A stretch of 64,000 bases of DNA, taken from positions 96,001 to 160,000 of the forward strand of contig CBDANS010000004.1 in NCBI GenBank assembly GCA_965197745.1. Direction: 5' to 3'. The DNA is from Opitutales bacterium (lineage in GTDB: Bacteria; Verrucomicrobiota; Verrucomicrobiia; Opitutales; PNEW01). Of this stretch, positions 43,638-54,193 are shown one piece after another (the stretch's first letter is position 1; the number at the start of each line of letters is the position of its first letter). The notes beneath the pieces are model-generated. The model was given only the letters and a program-made list of their open reading frames with translations, had not been told where the DNA came from and made no database searches. A program made the position numbers and the translations under genes.

Positions 43638-44594
43638 ATGAGACGCTGTTTTGCAATAACTTTTTCAATGTTTTTTTCTTTATTGGCATTTTCGAGTAGT
43701 GATGATTCTCTGCATGATCAGGTAAAAGAAATAAACGCTCTTCCTATTATCGATGTCGGTGAGGAATTCAGTGAACGGTATATCCCGTTTCATATCCATG
43801 ACTCCAAAGTTTTTCGACCTCCTGACGAGAGAGGTAGATTCGTGGTCATGTCAACATTTCCGAATATACCCGATTTTATCTGCGATTCGTGGTGCTATGA
43901 ATCGGATGTGTATCTTATTGAGGCACGATCGCTCGATGGCAGCAGAATAGAACTCCGGCATCGTTCCCGTAAATATCCGAATGTTATCGTTATTACCACT
44001 GTTACGCCCGAACCCGGAGCATTGGAATTCTCCGCCCGTATGGAATTGGAAAAAGAGGATATCGGTAGTTTGCCTGAGAATAATGTAAATCTCAATCTGT
44101 GCTGGCAACTCAAACGTGCTCCGGGATTTTGCAGCAAACCGGATCCATACCCTGATTTTATAAAGCGATGTTTCATTTTCACCGAAAAAGGACGGGTTTT
44201 CCTCGATAAAACTGAACGCCGTAACCTTCCCAGCCGTGTTGCAGATGATTTCCGCAATAATCCGCCATGGGTACAGTCGTATGTTGACACCTGGAAGGAG
44301 ATTCCGGAGGTTTCTCCGACAGCCTGGCAAGACAACTACAGCCCGGACAAGTATGTAACAACGGTTATAGGAGCTGTTTCCAGAGATGGAAAATATCTTG
44401 CAGCATTGACCAATGACTCGGCAACTTACATGGAACAGGCATGGCATGACTGCATGCACAATAATCCGTTGTGGCTACCTGCCGTTGCACCTCCTTCTGA
44501 ACGCAGGTGGCGGTTGAAACTTTATGTGATGGAGAATGATCCCGATGCACTGCTGAAACGGGCACATAAGGATTTTCCCAACATTCATCGATAG
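43638..44594 (+). CDS. Secreted hypothetical protein
   Basis: 318-aa ORF with N-terminal signal peptide; no family recognised. Confidence 0.7.
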   Translation: MRRCFAITFSMFFSLLAFSSSDDSLHDQVKEINALPIIDVGEEFSERYIPFHIHDSKVFRPPDERGRFVVMSTFPNIPDFICDSWCYESDVYLIEARSLDGSRIELRHRSRKYPNVIVITTVTPEPGALEFSARMELEKEDIGSLPENNVNLNLCWQLKRAPGFCSKPDPYPDFIKRCFIFTEKGRVFLDKTERRNLPSRVADDFRNNPPWVQSYVDTWKEIPEVSPTAWQDNYSPDKYVTTVIGAVSRDGKYLAALTNDSATYMEQAWHDCMHNNPLWLPAVAPPSERRWRLKLYVMENDPDALLKRAHKDFPNIHR

Positions 44595-44645
44595 AATCAA
44601 ATCCAGTCTAAACCAAAGAAAGAAAAATAGCATATGAAAAGCTAT

Positions 44646-44708
44646 TTCGAACAACGGCATGCAGTCGGATGGCCGCTTCGCGACCCCCGCTGATGCCGAG
44701 CGTAAGCA
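44646..44708 (+). other. Integron attC-like recombination site
   Basis: TTCGAAC-AACGGCATGCAGTCGGA..CCGCTGATGCCGAGC-GTAAGCA: R''/L''/L'/R' layout with extrahelical bases. Confidence 0.7.
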
Positions 44709-44782
44709 GAATCCGCTTATTCTAAGCTGCAGCAAACAATCGAGGAGGATGACTGCAACCGCTAAGCGTGTATCAAATTAAT

Positions 44783-45265
44783 TCAGGCGATCCTTTCTCC
44801 GCGCCGGTCATACTCTCCCAACGGATCATAAAACCCCGGCCTATCGGTGAGCTTGATCCACACCCGCTGGGTTCTCTTCAGAACAATCCTTCCTAATCTC
44901 CTCAATAGTCCCTGACTACCATCGGGAAATTCAATAACGTATACCCAGTTATTAAGCGGGTCATCATTAACAATTACTGCTGAAATCCCAGGCCATTTTT
45001 TGTCGTCAGCGCGACCATCTTTTTGTTTTGAATGATCAAGGTGCTTTTCCATTAGCTGCTTTGGATTCAAGCCGTTCTTCCACAATAAGTTAACCTCTTT
45101 TATTAGCCTCTCGGGGAAACACTTTTCTTGCACGCGTAGGACCTTAATTCGGCCTCGTTCCCCCCTTATAGGTAACCCCGCTATGGCTTTTTCGTATGCT
45201 GAGTGCTCATACCAGCTGAAGTCGCTCTCATAGGTTACTGGACCAGAGTTGGTTACAGTTGACAT
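44783..45265 (-). CDS. Hypothetical protein
   Basis: 160-aa ATG-started ORF only. Confidence 0.5.
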   Translation of the reverse strand: MSTVTNSGPVTYESDFSWYEHSAYEKAIAGLPIRGERGRIKVLRVQEKCFPERLIKEVNLLWKNGLNPKQLMEKHLDHSKQKDGRADDKKWPGISAVIVNDDPLNNWVYVIEFPDGSQGLLRRLGRIVLKRTQRVWIKLTDRPGFYDPLGEYDRRGERIA

Positions 45266-45591
45266 TAACTATTTTTAAAAAATGTTTTAATAGACTTAAT
45301 CGACAAAACTCAATTTAAGATATCATAGATTTTAAATTTATATAGTCCTCATTAACAATGACTTGATTATAATTTTTATCTCAAACTGAATTTCAAATAT
45401 TAGCGGTTTCTATTTTGCTGGTCTCAATTACACACAAATGGATTATTATCGTCATAAATTACACATGTAAATTTTGGTTAATAATATTCCTCTTTAAATT
45501 AATAAATGAAATAATAATATACCACATTGGGATCAATAATTGGCGGTCACAACATATATTGTAAGGAGTAAGGCCAGGGCTAGATAGGAAG

Positions 45592-45888
45592 ATGGAAAGT
45601 AACAATAAGCTGGTAATCTCGAGCCAGCGAATGGCCGAGCACGGGGAAGTTTATACTTCCAATAAGGAAGTGAATGCTATGCTTGATCTTGTTAAGCAAG
45701 AGACAGATCGTATCGATTCTCGCTTTTTTGAACCAGCATGCGGGAAAGGTAATTTTCTCGTTGAAGTATTGACCCGCAAGCTCGCGGTTGTAGCGAACCG
45801 CTATGGAAAGAGCCAGTATGAATATGAGCGTTATGCAGTTATAGCAGTTTCAAGTATCTATGGAATCGATATTCTGCATCTTTGGTGA
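45592..45888 (+). pseudogene. Truncated restriction-modification DNA methyltransferase (N-terminal part)
   Basis: HGEVYT, FFEPACGKGNFL SAM motif, SSIYGIDIL then premature end. Confidence 0.8.
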
Positions 45889-46051
45889 TCTATGGGATGA
45901 AAACCCAGCATGCTTTAATGGGCCAACACTCCAACTCAATATGGTTCAATAGATAGCCGTTGCCTCTAGAAATCGTTTTGATTAGAAGGTGATTCTAGAT
46001 ATACTCGAGAGTGTCAATTCACTTTATTCAATCAAGTAAGTATATTACACC

Positions 46052-47923
46052 ATGAAATTATTCTCAATTATATTTCTATCTGCCTATCTTGTCATTTCCA
46101 GTTTTGCTCAGGATCCAATTAATATTGGTTCACGTCTGGAGTTATTTGTCGATGATTATTTAATCGACGAGCTATCCGGTGGAGCCCGAATAATTTTACA
46201 TCATCCCACGCCGCAGGAGGTGGTGATTGTGCACGATGAACCCTGGGAAGGCAACGGCAGCCATAATCACAGTATCTTCCAAGACGGTGATCTTTATCGC
46301 TTATACTACTTGGGGTACCAGTATACCACCACGGATGGGAAATTAACCACCCCTCACCCTATTACCTATTGTTACGCGGAAAGTGACGACGGTATTCACT
46401 GGCGCAAACCCGAATTGGGTCTCATTGAGTTCAACGGCTCAAAGAAAAACAATATTTTGTGGGCCGACAACCAGACCGATCGGGAAGTGCCGTCCGCTAC
46501 CGCGGTAGTTATTTCCATTGTCGTAAAAGGTGACGGTCTCAAATATCAATGGTATATCGGCAAACCCGGTGACACTTCTAAGCCCATCGCAGGTGCAACC
46601 AGCAACACACTGAATACCGGCCCTCTCAATGAGAGCACAAACTTCTGGGTCCAGATAACAACGAAAGCAGGAGTTTATATTAACAGTGATACCTCGGTCA
46701 TCACCGTTACGGCTCCCTCCGTCCCTTCGGTCGATGAAGGTTCGCGTGATTCTGACAGCGCCGTGTTTGGTCCGATATTTCTCAATGCCGTCGACGCCGG
46801 ACATACCGCGGTGTTTAAAGACACAAATCCAGATGCACCACCAGATGCTCGTTACAAAGCTGTCCGCGTATCCGGTGATTTCGAGGGATTAATGGTTTTT
46901 AAGTCTGCTGATGGCATTCATTGGACTGCAATGACTCACAAAAAAATTATTTCAGAAAGCGAAATGAAAATTTTTGAACCATCGGTAAAAAGTGTTTATT
47001 TCGATTCGCAGAACCTAGCTTTCTGGGATGCTATTAACGGAGTTTACCGTCTCTACTTTCGCTACTGGCCGGATGACCGTCGTGACATCATGACGATGAC
47101 CTCGAAAGACTTTGTGAACTGGGTCGATCCCGTTCGACTCAAATACCCAGGCGCGCGTCCCGATCATTTATACACCAACCAGATTAAACCCTACTACCGG
47201 GCGCCTCACATTCTCATTGGCTTTCCGACCCGCTTTATCAATCGAGGATGGACGGAATCAACACGAGCACTGCCGGATTTATTAGAACGCCGTCAACGAG
47301 CGGGGCCGGATGTCGACACTGAAGGAAATGAGCATGAACTTCATTTCAGCAGCGCTGTTACCGAAGCTGTATTCATGACCAGCCGAGACGGGCAAACTTT
47401 CAAGCGATGGGATGAAGCGTTTCTGCGACCGGGCATCGAGAGAAAGGATAGTTGGGCTTACGGTAACCAGTACATTGCCTGGCAACTGGTTGAAACAAAG
47501 TCGAGGTTTGAAGACGCCCCGAATGAGTTGTCTCTCTATGCCACCGAGGGATATTGGACCGGCACCAGCACTCATCTTCGCCGCTATACCTTGCGCATCG
47601 ATGGATTCGTTTCGGTTAATGCCCCCCTCAGTGGCGGTGAACTGCTCACCAAACCGCTTGTTTTCGATGGTGACGAGATGGTAATTAATTTTTCGAGCTC
47701 CGCAGCGGGCGGCGTCCAGGTAGAAATCCAAGATGTATCGGGTGAACCCATAGAAGGGTTTACTCTGGCGGATTGTCTACCGGTATTCGGCGATTCCATC
47801 GAACGCAAAGTAAACTGGAATAATTCGCCCAACTTAGACAAGTTGTCAGGACAACCCGTCCGTTTACGTTTCGTTTGCAAAGACGCGGACCTCTATTCTT
47901 TTCGCTTTCGTCCTGCGCCGTAA
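46052..47923 (+). CDS. Secreted beta-propeller glycoside-hydrolase-like protein with an internal Ig-like insertion
   Basis: Signal peptide; Asp-box-like SDDGIHW, SADGIHW, SRDGQTF; FDSQN; LRIDGFVS C-terminal domain. Confidence 0.75.
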   Translation: MKLFSIIFLSAYLVISSFAQDPINIGSRLELFVDDYLIDELSGGARIILHHPTPQEVVIVHDEPWEGNGSHNHSIFQDGDLYRLYYLGYQYTTTDGKLTTPHPITYCYAESDDGIHWRKPELGLIEFNGSKKNNILWADNQTDREVPSATAVVISIVVKGDGLKYQWYIGKPGDTSKPIAGATSNTLNTGPLNESTNFWVQITTKAGVYINSDTSVITVTAPSVPSVDEGSRDSDSAVFGPIFLNAVDAGHTAVFKDTNPDAPPDARYKAVRVSGDFEGLMVFKSADGIHWTAMTHKKIISESEMKIFEPSVKSVYFDSQNLAFWDAINGVYRLYFRYWPDDRRDIMTMTSKDFVNWVDPVRLKYPGARPDHLYTNQIKPYYRAPHILIGFPTRFINRGWTESTRALPDLLERRQRAGPDVDTEGNEHELHFSSAVTEAVFMTSRDGQTFKRWDEAFLRPGIERKDSWAYGNQYIAWQLVETKSRFEDAPNELSLYATEGYWTGTSTHLRRYTLRIDGFVSVNAPLSGGELLTKPLVFDGDEMVINFSSSAAGGVQVEIQDVSGEPIEGFTLADCLPVFGDSIERKVNWNNSPNLDKLSGQPVRLRFVCKDADLYSFRFRPAP

Positions 47924-48161
47924 GCTTAATTAGTATTTTAAGTGAAAGACTGAGGCGAAATTCTTTGTCAAATCATGGATTTATACGTCCCAGTTTTGTG
48001 AATGTTGAACCAATTCGAGTAAAAGGTGATGGTCCAGAGCCACCAAGTCCAGGGATGAGTGAAATACCATTGTTTACTGAAAAATATCATGAATGGATCG
48101 AAAAAGAAAATTCAGAAGAACCCAATAGATCCTAGCACATCAACCTCCCGCATTTTTCACC

Positions 48162-48442
48162 TCAGCCGTTGCTTTTAACCCATTCTGTTTTCCGTCTCAT
48201 AGCTTCGGCGATTTGTGCTCCGGTCATCTTTGAAGTTAACTCTTTCAATATATTTTCTGCCGCTTTTTCTTTTTCTCCTAAATCTTCTCCTCCTGTCATA
48301 ATGATTCTAAACCATTTAAAGGCCTCAATATAATCATCAACTTTGTAATAGTACACCCCAAGGTTGTATGGGGCTGAAGCGTCTCCCTGTTCAGCCGCTT
48401 TGCGATACCACTTAACCGCTTCTGTATTATTCTTAGTTACCC
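48162..48442 (-). pseudogene. Sel1-like repeat protein fragment
   Basis: Upstream extension reads KNNTEAVKWYRKAAEQGDASAPYNLGVYY. Confidence 0.75.
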
Positions 48443-48510
48443 TGGGTATACCCCCACTCCTAAAAGCGCCGTCACGGCTTTACAGCACTCGAGAATGCTA
48501 AGCTGTAAAT

Positions 48511-48597
48511 ATCACCTCCGCCGCATACAGGTTTATGGATTATCGATTGATGAGGGATGCGTTTATGCATACCCCGGCCCTCCCTTTTTATCAGGGG
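48511..48597. repeat. About 87-bp dispersed repeat, copy 1 (copy 2 at 57686-57773)
   Basis: Identical ATCACCTCCGCCGCATAC start, shared CGATTG, GGATG, ATACCCC and TTATCAGGGG end. Confidence 0.8.
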
Positions 48598-48717
48598 TAA
48601 CATACAAGGCATAGCCCGACATCCCTCATCTAACGCTGATCGACAACAAAACGCTGAAGTAATAGTCTGATCTGTTCTGAATCGTGTGGATAGAACACTA
48701 AGAGGGAGCGATCAGTT

Positions 48718-49245
48718 ATGGAACGCAAGCTAACGGCCATACTCAGTGCTGACGTCGAGGGTTACAGTCGCCTTATGGGGGAAGACGAAGAGGCGACGGT
48801 AAAAACCCTCAACACTTATCGTGATGCGATGAGTCGGCTAATTAAAGAACATAAAGGCCATGTGATAGATTCTCCCGGTGATAATCTTCTCGCCGAGTTT
48901 ACAAGCGCGGTGAACGCAGTTCAATGTGCCGCTGTGATACAGGGAGAGTTAAGGGCTCGCAATGCAGCAATACCTAAAGATCGCCGTATGAACTACCGTA
49001 TCGGAATTAATCTAGGCGATGTGATTGTAGATGGTGATCGAATCTACGGTGATGGTGTCAACGTGGCGGCTCGCATAATGAAAGCGGGCACCTCCCCCCT
49101 AGCTAGCGTATCGAGTGGCTCTGGATACTCCTCGAGAATCGATTTCAAATCAGCTTCAACTGGAAGCCATTGTGCAGTTGTCGTCATTGTTAAAGAAAGA
49201 GTCGAAGGTTATTTCGATTGTCGATTGTCGATTGAAAAAAATTAA
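48718..49245 (+). pseudogene. Class III adenylate/guanylate cyclase, truncated after the catalytic motif
   Basis: ILSADVEGYSRLM, GDNLLAEF, RIGINLGDV, GDGVNVAARI then unrelated sequence. Confidence 0.85.
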
Positions 49246-49346
49246 CTACAAGAGGCACAAGAAAGAAAATTGAAACTCAGGAACTCAGGATTTAAAATTG
49301 ATGAACCGCAGAGACGCAGAGATCGCGGAGATTATAATTTGGAATA

Positions 49347-49515
49347 TATCAGGTGAATCACGGTGCTTAATCGCAATTGCTCAGCAATAGCTGAGCCTCG
49401 GCTGATCCTTACCGCTTTTTTAAAATCTTGATTTAAAAAAAGGGTAAGGGATTATCCGTATCAGCCCCTTAACCGCGGGATGACATTGCGATTAAGTACC
49501 TTGTTTCACCTGATA
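49347..49515. mobile_element. MITE-like nested palindrome
   Basis: TATCAGGTGAATCACGGTGCTTAATCGCAAT / ATTGCGATTAAGTACCTTGTTTCACCTGATA terminal IRs plus internal hairpins. Confidence 0.7.
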
Positions 49516-49694
49516 ATACTTAATTATCTTTCTTAATTAACAATCTTGTTTTGTGCCTTTTGTGGCCAATCAAATTCTCTTTAAATTACATTCGTGTTTA
49601 TTCGTGGTTAATTCTCTCCCCAAAACGCAATCTTAATTCTGAAATTGACACACCCTTTTGGTTATTCATAAAGGAATTCAAAACCAATAAGGGC

Positions 49695-50564
49695 ATGGAA
49701 AAAAAATTACAGGTCACGATCGCTGCTCCGGAAAAACTTAACCAACTCATTACTGAGGGCTTCTGCGTCTTTAAATATGTTCTCGAACCCGAGATGGTTG
49801 AAAAACTGAATGCCATGAGTGAATGGACAACCGCTCAGGAGGATCCCGCTCACTTCGAGGATCACCGTTCCCAGGGCTGTATCATTTCTTACTATAAATT
49901 TCCTCATCCCACTTTTGCTGAGCTCATCGCTTATCCGCGCGCGATGGCAGTTTGGGCCGAATTGGAATTTAACGACCCCAAAGTCTGGAGCGGTTTTGTC
50001 ATCAGTAAACCACCGCATTCCCCGCCGCTCTACTGGCACCAGGATTGCATGATGTGGGGTCATCCCATCAGTGTCACGGATAAGCCACAGCAGTATTTTA
50101 TGATGTACTACCTGGTCGATACCAACCGGCTCAACGGTTGTCTGCGCGTCATTCCAGGCTCTCACTTGAAACGTCACGTCCTGCATGACGTGCCACGAAC
50201 GGCTCACGAAGACGACGAAATTCGTCGCGCCACCGACCTCGATCATCCAACCTTGCAGCCTGCCGAGGGCGAAGTCGATGTCCCGGTCAAAGCCGGTGAT
50301 GTAGTCATCGGTGACTCACGCCTGTTGCACTCCGCTCATGCCAACCAAACCGGTGAAAGGAGAACCGTGCTCACCATCTGGTACTGGCCGGCATACGACA
50401 GTTTACCCGATGATGTTAAAAGTATGGTTGCCGGTAGTATCACTGAAAATCCTCAATGGGTAACCTGGACTGAAGAGACGCGATCCATCACTCAGTCGTT
50501 GATACCGATCTACGAAGGCGATGCCGAGCCAACTCCCAGGAACAAAACCTGCGCCTTGCGCTGA
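49695..50564 (+). CDS. Phytanoyl-CoA dioxygenase (PhyH) family protein
   Basis: WHQD, NGCLRVIPGSH, AGDVVIGDSRLLHSA. Confidence 0.9.
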   Translation: MEKKLQVTIAAPEKLNQLITEGFCVFKYVLEPEMVEKLNAMSEWTTAQEDPAHFEDHRSQGCIISYYKFPHPTFAELIAYPRAMAVWAELEFNDPKVWSGFVISKPPHSPPLYWHQDCMMWGHPISVTDKPQQYFMMYYLVDTNRLNGCLRVIPGSHLKRHVLHDVPRTAHEDDEIRRATDLDHPTLQPAEGEVDVPVKAGDVVIGDSRLLHSAHANQTGERRTVLTIWYWPAYDSLPDDVKSMVAGSITENPQWVTWTEETRSITQSLIPIYEGDAEPTPRNKTCALR

Positions 50565-50753
50565 AGCGCGAAGCGCTTTTTAGGTTAAAAGGTTCACGGT
50601 TCAACGTTCACAGTTGAAATATATCGAGCCTCACCCTCGGCACAGGTGTCAGTAAAAGATAATTGTAACCGTCAGGATCAATCCGCATTCACGCATATTC
50701 GCATTTACTCATCTTCGAATAATAACAGACGTTTTGACATTTTGACTAATGCG

Positions 50754-51399
50754 ATGGGCATCAGTATCGGTTTAGTCGGCCTGGGACAGTTCGGTAAAGC
50801 GTTTACTGATCTATATCGAAGTCATCCCGGGGTAGACCGTGTCGCCCTCTGCGACCGTGAACCTGAAAGGATGGATTATGTCGCTTCAAAACCGCAATGG
50901 GACAATAAATTTAATCCACGCGACAAGTACACATCGTTTGAAGATTTGCTTAAGACCGACGTCGATGCGGTCGTCATCATCACTCAACCCTGGCTTCATG
51001 CGCCTCAATGCATCCAGGCAATGGAGGCGGGTAAACATGTCTACAGTGCAGTGCCGATTATGTGCGTGCCCGACAGTGACGAAATTCTCGACTGGTGTGA
51101 ACGTATTGTTAAAACGACCCGGCGCACCGGCCAGTACTACATGCTGGGAGAGACAACGTATTTATCATGCCGATACCATGTTCTGCCGGCGCAAGGCTGC
51201 CGAAGATGCTTTTGGCCACTTCGTCTATGCTGAAGGTGAATACTTCCATGATCTCGATGAATACAATTGCAGTCTGCGCGAAGTCTTCCGTGCGCGAACA
51301 TCGAGCGCCTCGGGTAAGGAGTGGCTCGAAATTAAGCGCCGCTACCTGGAAGCCGGAATAGGGGAAGCCCATAGCAGGGGTCAGGCCGTGTATTTATAG
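50754..51399 (+). pseudogene. Gfo/Idh/MocA oxidoreductase, frameshifted near 51160 and 3'-truncated
   Basis: GLVGLGQFG, AGKHVYSAVP, YMLGETTY then other frame YAEGEYFHD. Confidence 0.85.
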
Positions 51400-51479
51400 A
51401 TTATTCAGTTTTCAATAACAGTGTGATATTATTTTCTAATTTGAAATCTATAAATACACAGCCTGACACTTTTTCATTT

Positions 51480-51933
51480 GCCCTGTTTGACCTGCTCAAT
51501 TTGCCGTGTCCGGAAAACGTGCAGGGACGGAGCTTTGCGGAATTCTTCCGCCATGAGCAAGCAGTTCCATCGCGTAATGCGGTATCTGCCATGATGCAAG
51601 CGGATGGTAAATTTGTCGAGGCACGTTGTGTCCGCACAGCACAATACAAGCTCATCCGTAATTTTTCCCCAAGCCGTGTTCCGGAAACGCCCTTTCAACT
51701 CGGTCAGGGCGCATTGCGGGAACGCCCGGTAATGGAGCTCTATGAATTTGCACACGGATCCCTATGAACTGAGCAACCTCGGGTCGGATTCTCGACTCAA
51801 ACAGGTACGCAAGGATCTCAACGAGCGACTTTTGCGTTGGCTCGAAGAGGTAAAGGACCCCATTCTCCAAGGGCCTACCCCTACCGCTTACTACAAAATG
51901 GCCATAGCTGACCTGACGACGGGCAACACCTGA
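51480..51933 (+). pseudogene. Sulfatase C-terminal fragment with frameshift near 51745
   Basis: VQGRSF, RCVRTAQYKLIRN, ELY[D]LHTDPYELSNL. Confidence 0.8.
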
Positions 51934-52079
51934 GGAGGGTCGTCTACGGAAGCCACGCGAACCAACGGATGCACACATCTTATATCATTCCATCACTAAA
52001 ACTTGAGCCCTGAATACCCTGAGCATAGTCAAAGAGTTTGACTCCTTTTAAAACTGATGCAAAGAAAAGAAAAAAAACG

Positions 52080-54080
52080 ATGTCAGACACAGTAGCCGGT
52101 AGAGTAGAGCAGGTCGGAGACTCCCTCTTTCACAATCGAGATGGTGAAACGATTTCCATTACACCGTGGGGTCCCGACGGCCTGCGGGTCCGTGTCACTG
52201 CAGGTGGTACCATTATCGATACTGCCTGGGCATTGACCGAAAAGGTTGCCCCCTCTGAATCAAAGATCACTATCAACGACGCCGAAGCTACTATTCGAAA
52301 CGGAAAGATCTCGGCATCGATAAGCGATATAAAAACGCAGCCCGGGTACCTGCAGTTTTTTCGCCACACAGGAGACGGTGAAAAAACCTGCATCCTCAGT
52401 GAGCATGACTATGTCGCCCCCGCGCACAACCCGGGAACGCGCATTTTCCAGCCTCGGGATGACGGCCTCTTTTACACGGAAACGCACTTTACGGCGAAGG
52501 ATGGGGAAAGGCTATACGGTATGGGGTTGAATGCCACGGGGCGGGTGAACCTGAAAGGCTGTGTCATCGACCTCTACCAGAGCCATGTGAAACATGTCGT
52601 GCCATTCCTCGTTTCCAGCGAAAGATACGGGTTCCTTTGGAACAACCCCTCGATGGGGCGGGCAGAATTTGGCAACAATATGACACGCTGGATCTCTCGC
52701 GGTTGCAGACAGGTCGACTACTACCTGACGACCGGTGATTCCTACGCCGAGATCATGGAGCACTACGCTGAGGTGACGGGTCACGCACCGGTGTTGCCTT
52801 ACTGGGCTTCTGGCTTCTGGCAGTGCAAGAACCGCTACAAAACCCAGGAGGAATTTCTGGAGGTGGCGCGGGAGTTCAAGCGGCTTGGCCTTCCCCTCTC
52901 GGTGCTGGTTATTGATTACCTTCATTGGAATTGCACCGGTGACTGGAAGCTTGATCCGGAGTTCTGGCCCGATCCAGAGGCGATGGTTAAAGAGCTCGAT
53001 GAGATGGGCGTTCGTATCATGATCTCGCCCTGGCCCGTGGTCGACAAAACGAGCGAAAATTATGAGCCTATGAAAAAGCAGGGGTTGTTTACCGGTTCCA
53101 TCGATGGCAAGAAGGACACCGTCAGATTCCGCGGAATACCGGGTGAAGATCCACAGAAGTACTCATACGACCCGACTAATCCCGAAGCTGGAAAGTATCT
53201 CTGGGATAAGTGGAAGAAAAATTACTTCGATATCGGTATAAAAACATTCTGGCTTGATTCCTGTGACGATTTACACCAGATACAAGATTACGAACAGGTG
53301 CTCTATCATATCGGACCGGGAATTGAAGCAAACTGCTACTATCCCATCGCCCACCAGAAGAACATCTACGAGGGTCTGCTTTCAGCCGGAGAAAACGAGG
53401 TCGTAACCATCTGCCGCAGTTCCTGGGCAGGTTCTCAGCGTTACGGCGCCTCGCCCGCGGCCCACGATATCATGTGTTCCTTCGAGCACCTGCATGAGTA
53501 CATGATGGCGGGGCTCAACCTGTCGATGAGTGGCATCCCTTGGGGAGCATCAGAAATTGGCGGGTTTGTCACACCCGATACTGCGAGCGACCGTTTTCAT
53601 GAGATCATGATACGTTGGTACCAATACGGCATTTTTACGCCCATTTTTCGCTCGCATGGTCATAGCCATAACAACGAGGCCTGGACCGTAGGTGGCGACT
53701 CTTACAAATACATCAGGGCCGCAATGATGTTAAGAGAGCGACTGCGCCCCTACGTGATGGATCAAATGAAGTTGGCATCAGAGCGGGGAATTCCACCCAT
53801 GCGCCCGCTCTTTTTCGACTTCGATGACGATGAGAATACGGCCGAGATAGAAGACGCGTTTCTCTTCGGACCGGATCTTCTCGTAGCCCCGATCACCAAG
53901 TATCAAGCCAGGGAGCGCGAGGTTTACTTGCCAGCCGATTGTCGGTGGGTGGATGCCTGGACAGGTGAGACTATGGCTGGTGGATCCACTGTCACCGTCG
54001 ATGCTCCACTTGAACGCATCCCGGTTTTTTCACCTAACGAAAAACTGTTGAGCTTGTTCCAGGGTTTGTATGACCTGTAA
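52080..54080 (+). CDS. Glycoside hydrolase family 31 (alpha-xylosidase-like)
   Basis: GFWQCKNRY, VIDYLHW, FWLD nucleophile, RWYQYG, PPMRPLF. Confidence 0.92.
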   Translation: MSDTVAGRVEQVGDSLFHNRDGETISITPWGPDGLRVRVTAGGTIIDTAWALTEKVAPSESKITINDAEATIRNGKISASISDIKTQPGYLQFFRHTGDGEKTCILSEHDYVAPAHNPGTRIFQPRDDGLFYTETHFTAKDGERLYGMGLNATGRVNLKGCVIDLYQSHVKHVVPFLVSSERYGFLWNNPSMGRAEFGNNMTRWISRGCRQVDYYLTTGDSYAEIMEHYAEVTGHAPVLPYWASGFWQCKNRYKTQEEFLEVAREFKRLGLPLSVLVIDYLHWNCTGDWKLDPEFWPDPEAMVKELDEMGVRIMISPWPVVDKTSENYEPMKKQGLFTGSIDGKKDTVRFRGIPGEDPQKYSYDPTNPEAGKYLWDKWKKNYFDIGIKTFWLDSCDDLHQIQDYEQVLYHIGPGIEANCYYPIAHQKNIYEGLLSAGENEVVTICRSSWAGSQRYGASPAAHDIMCSFEHLHEYMMAGLNLSMSGIPWGASEIGGFVTPDTASDRFHEIMIRWYQYGIFTPIFRSHGHSHNNEAWTVGGDSYKYIRAAMMLRERLRPYVMDQMKLASERGIPPMRPLFFDFDDDENTAEIEDAFLFGPDLLVAPITKYQAREREVYLPADCRWVDAWTGETMAGGSTVTVDAPLERIPVFSPNEKLLSLFQGLYDL

Positions 54081-54193
54081 TCCGAATCACCACGTCATGT
54101 CTATTTTATGCAGGTTAAAGCAAGTTATAAAATTCACGGTTCACGTTTAAAACGATCTCGGATCTTTAATATTTTAATCGAGGAAAACCTATT

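Noticed and set aside
45592..45888. Functional restriction-modification or defence system
   Set aside because: Only a truncated methyltransferase N-terminus; no partner nuclease
50591..50615. GTTCACG-like heptamer repeats (also near 54133)
   Set aside because: Two or three degenerate units only; too short to assign a function
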